NCBI GenBank assembly: GCA_965235115.1
Contig: OZ249436.1
Location: 21,392,001-21,456,000, forward strand
Reading direction: 5' to 3'
DNA: 64,000 bases
From: Laetmonice hystrix
Lineage: Eukaryota
Below are positions 52,514-63,518 of this stretch, piece by piece (within the stretch, counting starts at the first letter, position 1; each line of letters begins with the position of its first letter). The notes under the pieces were generated by a model. It was not told the DNA's origin and ran no database searches. It saw only the letters and a program-made list of their open reading frames with translations. A program made the position numbers and the translations under genes.

Positions 52514-55500
52514 GTTGTCTAGTCTATATGACATCAATGATGCCTGTGTGGTTACTTGATAATTAACCCTTGAATTACAACACTTAGGCCATTTTAAGAG
52601 CAACATACACTGTAAGATTGTCAGTATTTTTAAAGCAAAAGACTAATGGTGACCCTTCATTATATTTTTCTAATAAATGGTACTTTTCCTTAAGCTAAAG
52701 GAAACAATGTCTCCATTATTATATAATAAAATTATGTTTCTTTATTAGGAAATTGGTCCAGCCAGTCCTGCCAATAATCGCCTGAAGACAATTCGGGAAC
52801 TTTGCGATGTTGTCAGAGGAAAAAGATTAGAACAGGTAACTGTATTCAGTATGTCTCTGACCCAGATGTTTGTTGTTGCCCCCCCCCCCCCCTTCGCCAA
52901 ATCCACAATTCAGAACACCCAGGATTAACAGCTGTGTAAATGTTTATGAAAACCTGACAGACAAGGACATGTTCTGCAGTATTCAACTCAGAGTTTTGGT
53001 AAAAAGTTGCCCGTTTTCAACCTCTAAACCATAAGAGAACCAAGCACATTGTTTAAAAAGCATCGGAAAACAACTAATGGAAAGAAGTCTTAATCATGAA
53101 AATGTTCTCACTTAGAATGCCATTGAAGCATTGTGGAAGAGTGTCAGTGATTTACTGGGACCTCGAGTTGCAACAGAAGATCGACATCTTGCTTTGCATT
53201 TCCTCACAGCACTCATCACTGGACAGGTAAAGTAGGCCAAAGAATGTGCAGCAAGTAAAACTGTTATATTATTCATGTATACTTGCTCTTTCTCCTGTAA
53301 AATGATAATAAGCTAGATATTACTTATTCTGGTAAGTTTGTAGTCGGATATGGTCGTGATGAGAAAATAGCATAAAAGTTCCTATTGGATTCATCGTTTT
53401 AATAGACTTTTCTTTTTACATTGATAATTTGCAGTATGATCATCTAGGCATAATGAGAGCACATTTCTTCAGTGTTATCAAAAGTTGCACTCACTTTGAG
53501 GATCTGCCACAAAGGTAAGTTTATAGAAATATTTTGAATGAGAAGACAGTAAAAAATAAAGTATGTAGATTCAGGTAAGCTGTGCTGTATTTAGTGTAAC
53601 TACGAGCGTCAAACTGGAAAGCAAGAACTCATATTATGTTGATGTTGATGAAGTTTTGCAGTTTAATAAGTAACCTGATACGTAGCACCTTCCACTGCCT
53701 TGGGGTAAAGCCGAAAGTGACAATTCTATTAAAAGTACTTAATTCACTACAGAATTAACCTGATTGTTTTTTTTATTTTTTTAAAAGTGTCCCTTCATGG
53801 TGGACCATACCATTCATCGTCAGAACCTTTGAAACTCCTAGGCTAAATACAAACTTGCTAATAAACCTAAATCAGTACTAGAAAATATTTAGGCATTCGG
53901 TTCTCTGAACGCTCATTGCCTAACCATAGAATGCTCACATTCCAGGTTGGAAATGTTCAAAGTGCTCAGCAGTGATGGAAAGGACCTCACATACTTTGAG
54001 GAAGAAACTGGTAAATCATACCCCATTGGTATTGTTTGCAATAATAATGTACACAAATATGTTTTAGATGATTTACATATATTATAAAGCAGAGTTAGAT
54101 TACAAAGGCAGATGCATATATATTCTAATATGAAGTTCATCAATTGTTTTTATACATCTGCAATAATTAAGGTGTGACTCAACAAAGGGGCAGAGAGATT
54201 TCGAACATTTAATGTTTTAAAACCGGTAAAAGAATTAGCTGAATTACCAAATGAGGATTTATTTCCAGGCCCGTTTCTGCTAGAATGGATGAAGGACATC
54301 TTAAGCTCGCCAAAGATTGCTGAATTTTTGAGTTTACTTGTCAACGTAATAAAATTTAATGCTGCCTATCTGGATGAAGACATTGTGGCTGCACTTGTCC
54401 TGTGAGTGTTGGGAGTTGTTGCTGTCTAACAACATCTTTTTACCTATTAACTATTTCTTTGAAAGATCTTGCTCCTATTAAGAGAATTGATATCATGTAA
54501 TCAAGAAATGGTTATTATGCCAAGTTTTATACATTTTATGACAAAGGGAGTAAAAAAAATCTTGGGAAAGAACTTTATTTAGTAGAACTTTGATTTACTT
54601 TATATTTTAGGCATACAACGCTTATAGCCAACAGGACTGGCAAGGAAGAAGATATTCAGGTGAACAATACAAGAAAACATGAATAAAAACTTTCTTCAGT
54701 GTATACCACTTTGTTTCATAGATAATTCTTACAGTCAACACCAATCTACCAACTTATTCAGCAGAAAGTCTAAAAGACTATGTCTCAGGTTTGAAAGTTT
54801 CCAATCTCTGGTTGAACCGTGTATGTTGTTGTGTTCTTTCAGTTGTGCCTACAGGTGCTGGACACCGTGGTGGCCTACAGCTGTCTCCCCACATCCTCTC
54901 TCCATCACTTCACTGCGTGCCTCTGTGGAATCGTTGGCATAGAGCGATTCTGTCAAGCCAGTTGGATGGTTGGTATTACTAATAACTTGCTTTGGTAGTC
55001 AGATTTGGATTGAGCTTTGATCAAGCTTTGAGACTTTGAGAGTTGTCGGGTCAGTCATTTCAGACTAAGTTAAGATTAAGGTATGGGCTAAGATACTCAA
55101 TGAATTAAACGTTTCAGTGTAAATGGAATTGCTTCAAGTTGTTTTAATTTGTCTCATTCCAGCTTATGCGCAAATTGCTTGGGACCCATCTTGGACACCG
55201 TGGTATCTACACAATGTGTTGTATTCTTCAAGACAAGTGAGTTTCATTGGTAGCTGAGATTTTGTAATGGCTCCCAGCTGAGTGGTTCATCCTGGGTAAA
55301 GATGTTCAATAAAAAATTTAAAAAGTACTTGATACGTTAGGTGTAACACCGTGTCTACCCACATGTATGATCATTGTGTACCTTTCTGACTACAGGAGCA
55401 ATATTACAGACAGTGGTGCAATCTTGTTGAGAGGGGCAGTGTTTTTCATTGGGATGGCCTTGTGGGGGTCCAAGAAGGTTACATCATTGAAACATCCTCC

Positions 55501-58500
55501 CTCTTCCGTCCTACCCTCTTTCCTTCAGGTAAGTACATTTTTATGGGGCCTGGGGCGCATTTCTCATCTATCGTTATCCTGTCATGCGTTAAAATCCCCA
55601 TTGAAAATACATTGGAGTTAACGATACGACAAGCTAACGACATGATGAGAAACACACCCCTAAAGTGTTAAGACCCATGATTTAAGACCACTTCCTGTCG
55701 CTTTTAAGGATGCTTGAGGATATTTCTCAGCTACCAACTTCAGGCTCTGTAGCAGCAACATTTTACGATATGTTGCCTATCCATAGTTTATAGGTTTTTT
55801 GTTTTTGTTTAGGGATATATCAAGGTCAGAGTGGCTTGCCTGCAGTACTTAGCTGATGACAACTATCTGGTTTAATTGTTTGTGTACACTACCAAATAAT
55901 AAGACTTAGTGAGTGTGATTACTTTGACAGGCCCTGGAACACAGCCAGTCAAGCAGTGTGGCCTACGAGATAGTCCTGTCTGTCCAGCGGCTTGTCCATA
56001 AATATGGCAAGGAACAACAGATGGTAACATGGGACATCATACTCGACCTCATAGATGCTCTACTAAGACACATAGAGGTAAATCTACTAGATGAAGTGTT
56101 TGTTAGTTGATGAACTGAATGATACTGAGTGATTTAAATATTACAGTCTTTACAAATCTCTCAGGTTTATAAATCTTAGTGTTTAGCCTGGAGCTCAGGT
56201 TCATGCCCATTGTGTGCTTTTACATAGAGGTTGGGGCCCCAACACTGAATAAAAAATTTATATAGATTGATATGGATTGATATCATGATTAAGAACGCTG
56301 GGATCTGCTTAGTACTCAGAAAACCCGCCAGATGGCAGGACCAACCCCTGTGGGTAAACCGGCCTATGAACCTTGTGATTTTTAAAAATGATCTGCTCAA
56401 TAAAATTTATGTTTGACTGGAATATTTCAGAGCGTGCCATCAGTGAGCCCAGTCCTGGTGTCCAGTACACATGACCTACTTACAGCAGTTGAGGAACTCT
56501 ATGAACGTGCTCAGTTTAATGGCTCGCCTGCTCGTTTCTTCTCTATCATAGAGACTTGTGCCAACAAACGACCCGTATGTACCAAAAGCAGACAAACCTA
56601 GAGGTCTGATTGATAGAGTTCAGCTCTCTCAAATGCCCTTTCTTCCTTGACCTGAATAATGACAAAGACTAAAGAAAGATAGGCCTACTGATATTGTTAT
56701 CAAAATTATTTATAATAATTGAGTTTTTTTCTTGATGTGTTAAAAGTACATGTTGTGAACCCTTTACAGGAGACCTCAATCCTAGCCTTGGTTCAGTACA
56801 AGGCTGAGGCTGTCCACCCAGCCCATGACGGATGGGTTCTGGCTCTCAATCACCTCGTCGAGAAGTATTTCAAGTAAGCCTGTATTTTTTATTTATGACC
56901 ACCTCCTGGAACTACACGCATACAAATGCTACTCTCCTCTTTAGTGCTCTATATTTCGTTGCCCACGGTAATAGTTTCCATGCTCTGAGTCTGATGCCAA
57001 AGTTGAGATAATTTTAAATCAATAGAAATAGTTATATTGTGGTGTATGCCTTATGTTCTGATGTGTCTTACAGGCAGGAAGTGAGAACCAGAATACGGTG
57101 GAAAGTTCTTGACTTGCTCTCCAATGTTCTTACGGACAATAAACAGCTCTATGAGGTTCGTCGCAGGCTCATCTTACATTATAATGTGGCAAATTTGGAT
57201 CAATCTGGAGTTATGGAAATTTTTATTTTTACTTATTTCTCTTTTTTTCATTTATTTTAAGAATATTTAGGATAATGGATAATCGTTTCTCTGTATATTG
57301 ACTTTGGCCAGGTATATTTTATTTCATACTGCATTATTAATGCTGTTATAACGCCCAAAAAAAATCTCATTGGCAAAGCTTAGAATTGATCAATGACATG
57401 TTGCAGGATGAGTTAATTGAGGTTGTTGTTCTGCAACACTTGTCCCACATTGAACATGATCCTGACCTCGAGGTGAGACAGAGAGCGTCCCAGCTGTTGG
57501 TTGATCAGGCGTCGTCATGTAACACAAGACGGGGACTTGACCTACTTGACCTCTTGCACAAGATCATTAACCGGCCAATGAGCTCGTCAACGCCAGCATC
57601 TCCAGTCCCAATTGCAGTGTCATCCATTATGGTTGATAGGAAATTGGAATCTAAGCGACATCTTGACCCTAAGATGGAGGACATCATGGCTGCTGTGACG
57701 GGCCTAATCAACATCTTCAACGTCAGTTTTAGACAATATTGAAGTTACAGTATAACATAAATTTTGAAATTATCACCATTAATTTTACTAACCAAATCAC
57801 AATGATATTGTAGAAGCTCAGCTTTGATTATATAATAAGCAGTTAGCTTTTTTTCTTCCTAATAGGTTTAGGGTTTATATAATATAAATATTTCTGCATA
57901 TCAGTCAAAAAAGTTGCTCAAATTTTCAGACAAAGCTGTTCCAGTTACCAAGCAGCCATCCGCTACGTATTTTTGAGTTATTGGTGGGTCATGTCCAAGC
58001 TCATTATCACAAGGAGCACATGATCAGATACGCAGGACCCATACGGAAAGCGGTACGTAAGGCTTGACTCCACAATAAAATTTGCTTACTAACTACTTGA
58101 ACAACTGTCTCTTACTGCACTGATTCACAGCTACCAAATAATGATTGAAGAGGAAGCACGTAACCTGCGGTGATACAACATTTCATAAATATATTGTATA
58201 CAATACTGTGGTAAAATAAACATGGCCTTCCTCTATGTAACAGTCGTACTTTACTACTTGTTAAAACGTAGTCGAGATCTTTACATATTCCAGTTGAGGA
58301 AATCAGATAGGAAGGTTCTAACAAAGCAATCACAACAAGTTATGGTGTTATTGGTTATTTTCAGATTTTTGAGTTGTTGTTATCGCTGCGAGCTGATGGC
58401 CTTTACCGTCTTGGTCTGCAAAGATCTGGTGGCAGAGACCGCTGCCTCACCTACAGCCCACATGTCATCTGCTCATACAGGTGTTAATTTTATGTTTATT

Positions 58501-61500
58501 GGGTGTTTTCATTAAATTCATCTGGTACTGACAACATTATCCTCCAGAGGATTAGACATTAACCCGTGCATCATGATCTTGTCAACTATTATTTTATTTT
58601 GTCCATGAATGACAGATTTCTAAACTTTTATATTTTCATATTTCTGTGTCTGACAGACCTGATCTGAGTGACCTCCTCACAGCGTCAAATGAAGCCATGC
58701 CAAGTCCCCCAACAGTTGTCCGTAGTTCACCAAGTGCATCCCAGTGTCGTATCACCATTATTCCATACTCTCAAGCCTTCACTGCTATCAAAGACTGTCT
58801 GGAAATGGTGAGATATTTTCTGTTTCTTTTATGTAGTTCTCAATCATTGTTTTTATTTTTTAAGGAATTTTGTTGAGAAAATTTAGCACAGCTGAAGGTG
58901 GTACCCATAATGCATCCTTTGTTATCTAACAGGAGATGGACTGGAGTGTACTGAGTGTGGTGCTGAAGAACATGCCTCAAGTCCTCCAGAATAAAACCCT
59001 CATCCTGGCTGCTCAACCAGTGGACATTGACCGCTTCTGTGCCCGCCTGTGTGCCATGGTATGTGGAACAACACCTTCCCATTGCTCAGACGAACCAATA
59101 AATTAAAACTTGTTTATCTGGATAAGTAATATTGTTACATTGAGATGTAGCTGTATGTATTTGATTTTGACGTAGTTGATTTGACCATTGTAGCTGAGTA
59201 AGCGTGGCCTTGGATTACCAGAGAGACTCCACAACACACCGCCAAAGTTTACCAAGTCTGACTTCCATTCATATATCTTCCCAGTTCTTACCTGTCTTGC
59301 TTCCTACCACACACATCTAGAGAAATCCAGACAAGTAAGTACCTACCTCTCATCATAAGAAAATGAAAGTTAAGTAATATTCATGTAGTCAGACATGGGA
59401 TGACGATTTTATTATTTGGTTCTCAAAACGAGGTTACCAAGTAATACCGTCCCCTCTGGTGACGTCAAACGTAATAAGGAAATATCAGCGCAATCAACCC
59501 TCGATCAACCCCGTAGTATGTAGCTTTATATTAAGAAAGAACTGACCAATCACGTTTCAGTATTCTGTAGAACCGAATAATAAAGGTTCAAGTCAGGCAA
59601 TCTCAAATCACATTCACACCACTTCCTCTTAGACAGTAGCTTGAAGAGAAATACCAGTAAATGGGTCTATAACTGATCAGTTTATGTATCTAATTGATTG
59701 TTTTTCTTTCAGATTGAGCTGGTGAAATGTTTGGAGTTTGGACTCGTGTCAAAGTGTGCCAAAGATTGTGTCCGTGCACTGACTGTTTGCTCACTTGAAA
59801 TGGTGGAGATCATGATGCGCCAGCTGCCAGCCATCCTCGTCAAACTCTCCCAGATATCAGCCACCATTGGAATGGCCATACCCCTCATGGAATTCCTCTC
59901 TAGTGAGTTCAATGCAAAATCTTTATTCTTCTCCTTGTAAATCTCTCAGTTCAGGCTGTATAATGCCATTCATTTTTACTTTTACAATGTCCAATGTAGA
60001 ATTGAAATGAACGTAGCAGGATAATTAAATTTGCCAAGTTTAATAACGGTGTTTACATGACATTGCTAAGAGCAATCCATGACTGAGTAGTGGCAGTCTT
60101 GAATGCCGCAGTATGGGAGAGAAAAGATGCACACAAGTTAGGAAGTTGATCAACTTGTTTCCAAATGTCATTTTCCTACAGGTCTCATCCACATTCCTAG
60201 TCTGTATGCCAACTTCGTGGAGGCCCAGTACATGAGTATTTTTGCCATTGCTCTGCCATACACAAACCCGTTCAAGTAAGTCAACAATAGTAGGCTGTGT
60301 TCTAGTGCTGGAAATAGTCCATAAATTTACATACCTGCCTATTTGTACAATTTGTTTGTGTTTTGTCCTGGTTTCATTCTTGCATTACGCCAATATGCCG
60401 AGCTGTCATTTTGTGTAATGCAAAGGGGTAATGTCAGGTATATGTGTACTTGTATGAAGTATTCTGTGAGAGTGTTTTATGATAAAACAGGTACACCCAC
60501 TACACCGTCTCTCTCGCTTATCACGTCATTGCCATGTGGTTTCTCAAGTGTAAACTCCCGTTCAGGAAGCGCTTTGTTGGCTTTATAGTAAAGGTAAGTA
60601 ATGGTAGTTTTTATCGGGTTTAAAGATTTAGTATATAGTAATCACACTACCAGTAATTTTAATGTTTCCTATGAGTAACAATAATTAAAATACTATTTCT
60701 GTACTTCTTTGGACTTCATATGATTTTCAGGTACCACATTTGTATACTCATTTAAAGATGTACCGTCAACTGTCATTTAGAAGGCATCTCATGATATGTA
60801 CTGAATGTAATACGATAGAGGAATAAAATTCGTTAATTGCGTTTTATTATGTCCACCCGTTAATTAGAACGGCCCATAGCAACGGCCCTAGAAACGAAAT
60901 GCCATCAAAACCCGCACCAGATAATGACGTCACATCGAGAACGGTCTTTGTGACGTTTTGGGATTCCCCTGTGTGTGCCACTGCTCGAGGCGTTACGTAG
61001 CCTGTGATCTAGAGTGATATTCATTTCATAAAAAACATTTTAAGTTAGAAAAATGTCCCGACGGTGTGTAGCTATGTTCTGTGACCACCAGGACAACAAA
61101 TTATTTGAGTTTCCTTGGAGTAATCAGCACTCAGCAGCATCCGAAAAATATTTAAAAGCCAGAGAGCGCTCTGCCACTGGTCTGGGAGCCACCGCCCACA
61201 ACTTGGCACAAGCCTGTTGTACGTTGTGCTGCCGATTGTTCCGACAACTGGGCAAAATACAAGTTGGGTTTAGCCTAATCTTTATAGGTTTGTAGGAGGG
61301 GCGGACCCAAAGTCAAGACAAACTCACCATGGCAGTCTGACTGTAGCTCATGCCTGACTGTAACGGCAGTGTAGCTGCGAGGGTGACGGTCGGAAGCCGC
61401 GAACAGCCGCAAACAAAGCAATGACTGCCGCTCAAGCTACCTGAGACTGAGTGACAGTCAGGATCCGCCACCGTTTACCTAGGGCTAGGCTATAGGCCTA

Positions 61501-62648
61501 GGCCTAGATCTAGTTGTCACGAAAAGCCTAGATCTCGTCTATATAGGAGCTGTACTCTATGGGCCATGGATGTCAATTAAATCTCGATTTACATCAATTT
61601 CACCCAAGTTTGGCATTAGTTGGTGGTCTGTTTGCACCCTGCCATTCCCGTTTCACTCAGACTCAGTGTGTGTGTGGCCACGGATCGGTCGGTGTTTGTA
61701 AACAAAGCATGGAAACGCATCGTCATCGGCGATGATTTCATGCCGACTGGTGACAATTCTTAAAGTTGTTATCTGATCGAAAGAGCAATCAGAATTTGTG
61801 TAATTTCCGCTATTTGGTGGACAGGCCCCGTCAGCAACTGCATGCAGTTGACAGACTAGTCCAGCCATGCCCCCTCCCCCTCCCCCATCACTCATCAGCC
61901 AGTGACACTGCCCCATCCACCGGCCTCGATCAGGTTCGAACCGCGATGTACGGCCCAAACTGCAGTGGTTCTGCCTGTTGTTGGTGATAATCTTTACTGA
62001 CTTAAGTCTTATCCTGCTACTCTGGTACGGTAGCACAAAATCTTCAAAGTTAGATAAGGACCTAAACGAGGAGGAGGAGTGCACTGTCCTCACTCGTGTT
62101 TTCCACTGTGGCCGCCATTTTCCTCTCGGCAAGTGTTCTCGATTTGACGTCAAAACCTCATTAACATAATTCGCGCGCAATTTGAACCTTTCTGTGTCCA
62201 TTTTGCAAAAAAAAGGCTATAACGTGCTTGTGGAAATTTTTTCCCCCCGTGAGCAGCCTGGAATGTATTATGTGCATTAAATAAGACATGTGTATGCCAC
62301 TATTCCACATTTTAACACATCAATGACGGTTCCTGTTTAATTAAGACCATACGTACTTGAGATATACGGTATAGCATGTGGCATATACCCGGTACATACT
62401 GTTTTTGTTGAAAAAGTACAAAGAAAGACAAAAATGGCATCATTTTAGAATATGAGCCAGTCATTGTCAGAAATTTGTCTCTGTATGTGTTTGATTACTT
62501 ACAAGTCATGTTTCCTGTTTTTCTGTCAGGGTTTGCGAGCCAACGTTTTGCGTCAGTTTGAGGAGTCAGTCAGCCAGCGTGCACGTACTAATGTAGATTC
62601 CGCAGACAGGAACCGAACGCAGAGCCTCAATGATGAGGCATTGCGCAG
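52334..62648 (+). CDS. TSC2: Tuberin (TSC complex subunit 2), spliced CDS of 24 exons, 3'-partial (continues beyond the window)
   Basis: The spliced translation follows tuberin co-linearly (e.g. [92 protein letters not shown]). All introns are GT-AG with consistent phases, 2993 coding nt in total. An in-frame upstream ATG at 52295 is an alternative start. Confidence 0.97.
52749..52835 (+). CDS. TSC2: TSC2 coding exon 2
   Basis: ttattag|[29 protein letters not shown]|gtaact, 87 nt. Confidence 0.93.
53116..53226 (+). CDS. TSC2: TSC2 coding exon 3
   Basis: cttag|[14 protein letters not shown]...ALITGQ|gtaaag, 111 nt. Confidence 0.95.
53435..53514 (+). CDS. TSC2: TSC2 coding exon 4
   Basis: ttgcag|[16 protein letters not shown]...EDLPQ|gtaagt, 80 nt. 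Confidence 0.93.
53946..54010 (+). CDS. TSC2: TSC2 coding exon 5
   Basis: tccag|[21 protein letters not shown]|gtaaat, 65 nt. Confidence 0.93.
54269..54401 (+). CDS. TSC2: TSC2 coding exon 6
   Basis: tttccag|PFLLEWM...[15 protein letters not shown]...|gtgagt. Confidence 0.94.
54611..54659 (+). CDS. TSC2: TSC2 coding exon 7
   Basis: ttttag|[16 protein letters not shown]|gtgaac, 49 nt, restores phase 0. Confidence 0.9.
54843..54968 (+). CDS. TSC2: TSC2 coding exon 8
   Basis: tttcag|[16 protein letters not shown]...FCQASWM|gttggt, 126 nt. Confidence 0.92.
55163..55236 (+). CDS. TSC2: TSC2 coding exon 9
   Basis: ttccag|[24 protein letters not shown]|gtgagt, 74 nt. Confidence 0.95.
55396..55528 (+). 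CDS. TSC2: TSC2 coding exon 10
   Basis: tacag|...[17 protein letters not shown]...SVLPSFLQ|gtaagt. Confidence 0.95.
55931..56077 (+). CDS. TSC2: TSC2 coding exon 11
   Basis: gacag|[39 protein letters not shown]...HIE|gtaaat. Confidence 0.95.
56431..56574 (+). CDS. TSC2: TSC2 coding exon 12
   Basis: tttcag|SVPSV...[19 protein letters not shown]...CANKRP|gtatgt. Confidence 0.94.
56770..56873 (+). CDS. TSC2: TSC2 coding exon 13
   Basis: ttacag|[34 protein letters not shown]|gtaagc, 104 nt. Confidence 0.95.
57074..57155 (+). CDS. TSC2: TSC2 coding exon 14
   Basis: ttacag|[27 protein letters not shown]|gttcgt, 82 nt. Confidence 0.93.
57407..57721 (+). CDS. TSC2: TSC2 coding exon 15
   Basis: ttgcag|[33 protein letters not shown]...[15 protein letters not shown]|gtcagt, 315 nt. 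Confidence 0.94.
57930..58052 (+). CDS. TSC2: TSC2 coding exon 16
   Basis: tttcag|[26 protein letters not shown]...IRKA|gtacgt, 123 nt. Confidence 0.94.
58365..58480 (+). CDS. TSC2: TSC2 coding exon 17
   Basis: tttcag|[18 protein letters not shown]...YSPHVICSY|gtgtta. Confidence 0.92.
58657..58807 (+). CDS. TSC2: TSC2 coding exon 18
   Basis: tgacag|PDLSD...[16 protein letters not shown]|gtgaga, 151 nt. Confidence 0.91.
58933..59058 (+). CDS. TSC2: TSC2 coding exon 19
   Basis: aacag|[25 protein letters not shown]...FCARLCAM|gtatgt. Confidence 0.94.
59194..59334 (+). CDS. TSC2: TSC2 coding exon 20
   Basis: ttgtag|[47 protein letters not shown]|gtaagt. Confidence 0.94.
59713..59902 (+). CDS. 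TSC2: TSC2 coding exon 21
   Basis: tttcag|[30 protein letters not shown]...[10 protein letters not shown]|gtgagt, 190 nt. Confidence 0.96.
60182..60275 (+). CDS. TSC2: TSC2 coding exon 22
   Basis: ctacag|[30 protein letters not shown]|gtaagt, 94 nt. Confidence 0.96.
60491..60593 (+). CDS. TSC2: TSC2 coding exon 23
   Basis: aacag|[34 protein letters not shown]|gtaagt, 103 nt. Confidence 0.96.
60756..62336. mobile_element. Internally deleted Kolobok-like DNA transposon in TSC2 intron 23
   Basis: TTAA on both sides and an imperfect 13-bp TIR (AGATGTACCGTCA vs ACAGGAACCGTCA, 10/13). THAP-like ORF start on + at 61053 ([10 protein letters not shown]...LFEFP). Convergent decayed ORF on - from about 62118 with PY/RFEP and CSC/GAC motifs. 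Confidence 0.72.
61053..61295 (+). pseudogene. Degenerate THAP zinc-finger N-terminus of a transposase
   Basis: M-x3-C-x4-C...LFxFP pattern typical of THAP starts; downstream motifs are broken by frameshifts; lies inside a TTAA-bounded element. Confidence 0.6.
62530..62648 (+). CDS. TSC2: TSC2 coding exon 24
   Basis: tgtcag|[13 protein letters not shown]...[13 protein letters not shown]|gtacac; contains an RxRxxS motif. Confidence 0.92.
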
Positions 62649-63500
62649 GTACACCACCTTACTTTCCGTCACTCTGATTTATTTTTAAACCTGCTGCATG
62701 TATGTTTGGCTTGCTCTTTTCTCATATTATTTTGCAAATCCGGGAAAAGGAAGGAGATATTAGTTTTCATAAATTTTTATCTGAGTGGAGTAGTTTCTAA
62801 AATTTGAGTCTTTTTTCTGCAAACACCCTGTAGCTACCAGGGCATGTGGGGTAATAATGTACAAATATACATTATAATAATTTGGATAAACAGAAAAAGA
62901 GCCTTAAAAGTTAAACTGCAATTTTTCAGGCTGTAGGCTTTGTACAGATATGTTAGCCATCAGTCCCATGCATTCAAGTATGCAGTTTTCTCATTAATAG
63001 CCCTTTAAGTAGCTGGAGAGAGGAGGGAATTAGGGATAACTTCTGCCAAGTATTGTTTTGCGTTTACGCCACATTTAGCAAGTATGCAGTGGATTGGTTC
63101 ATATACTGGGGTAGTATTCCAGTAGTCAGTTTTGGAGGACTTTTTGTTGAACTGAATGGACTTAAAATGAGACATCCACCCATGGTTCCATATTAGACTC
63201 GGGTCTAAGGCAGATTAAGAATTTCAAGACATGATAATTTTCTAGGAACAGCCCAAATTAATGCCAGAATTTGATTAAATTAAAAACCTTGTACCAATAT
63301 TGACCATGTCACACATGACTAGTATAAATGCTTTTGATGTTGCTGTGAGGCAACTGTGATTTTGGCAAAGCGTGTTCTGACATTAACCAAAACATAAACC
63401 ATAATTTTTTTCTTTTATGGTATTCTGAAATTATCCAATACTTGAGTTTAGTGTTATTGATGTGTCATTTCAATGGTATACCCCTGGATTGGTCAAACAG

Positions 63501-63518
63501 GGCATCCAACCCCACAGA
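63501..63518 (+). CDS. TSC2: Candidate 18-nt TSC2 microexon
   Basis: aaacag|GGCATCCAACCCCACAGA|gtaagt; phase 2 to phase 2, frame-preserving, no stop codon; the acceptor pyrimidine tract is weak. Confidence 0.4.

Noticed and set aside
23395..61945. GGTTCGAA matches (about 23400, 41183, 61934) as tRNA T-loops or SINE B-boxes
   Set aside because: No cloverleaf stems or correctly spaced A-box were found around them.
61653..62201. 182-aa minus-strand ORF as an intact nested gene
   Set aside because: The diagnostic motifs are spread across different frames and the ORF lies inside a transposon relic, so it is treated as a decayed element gene.
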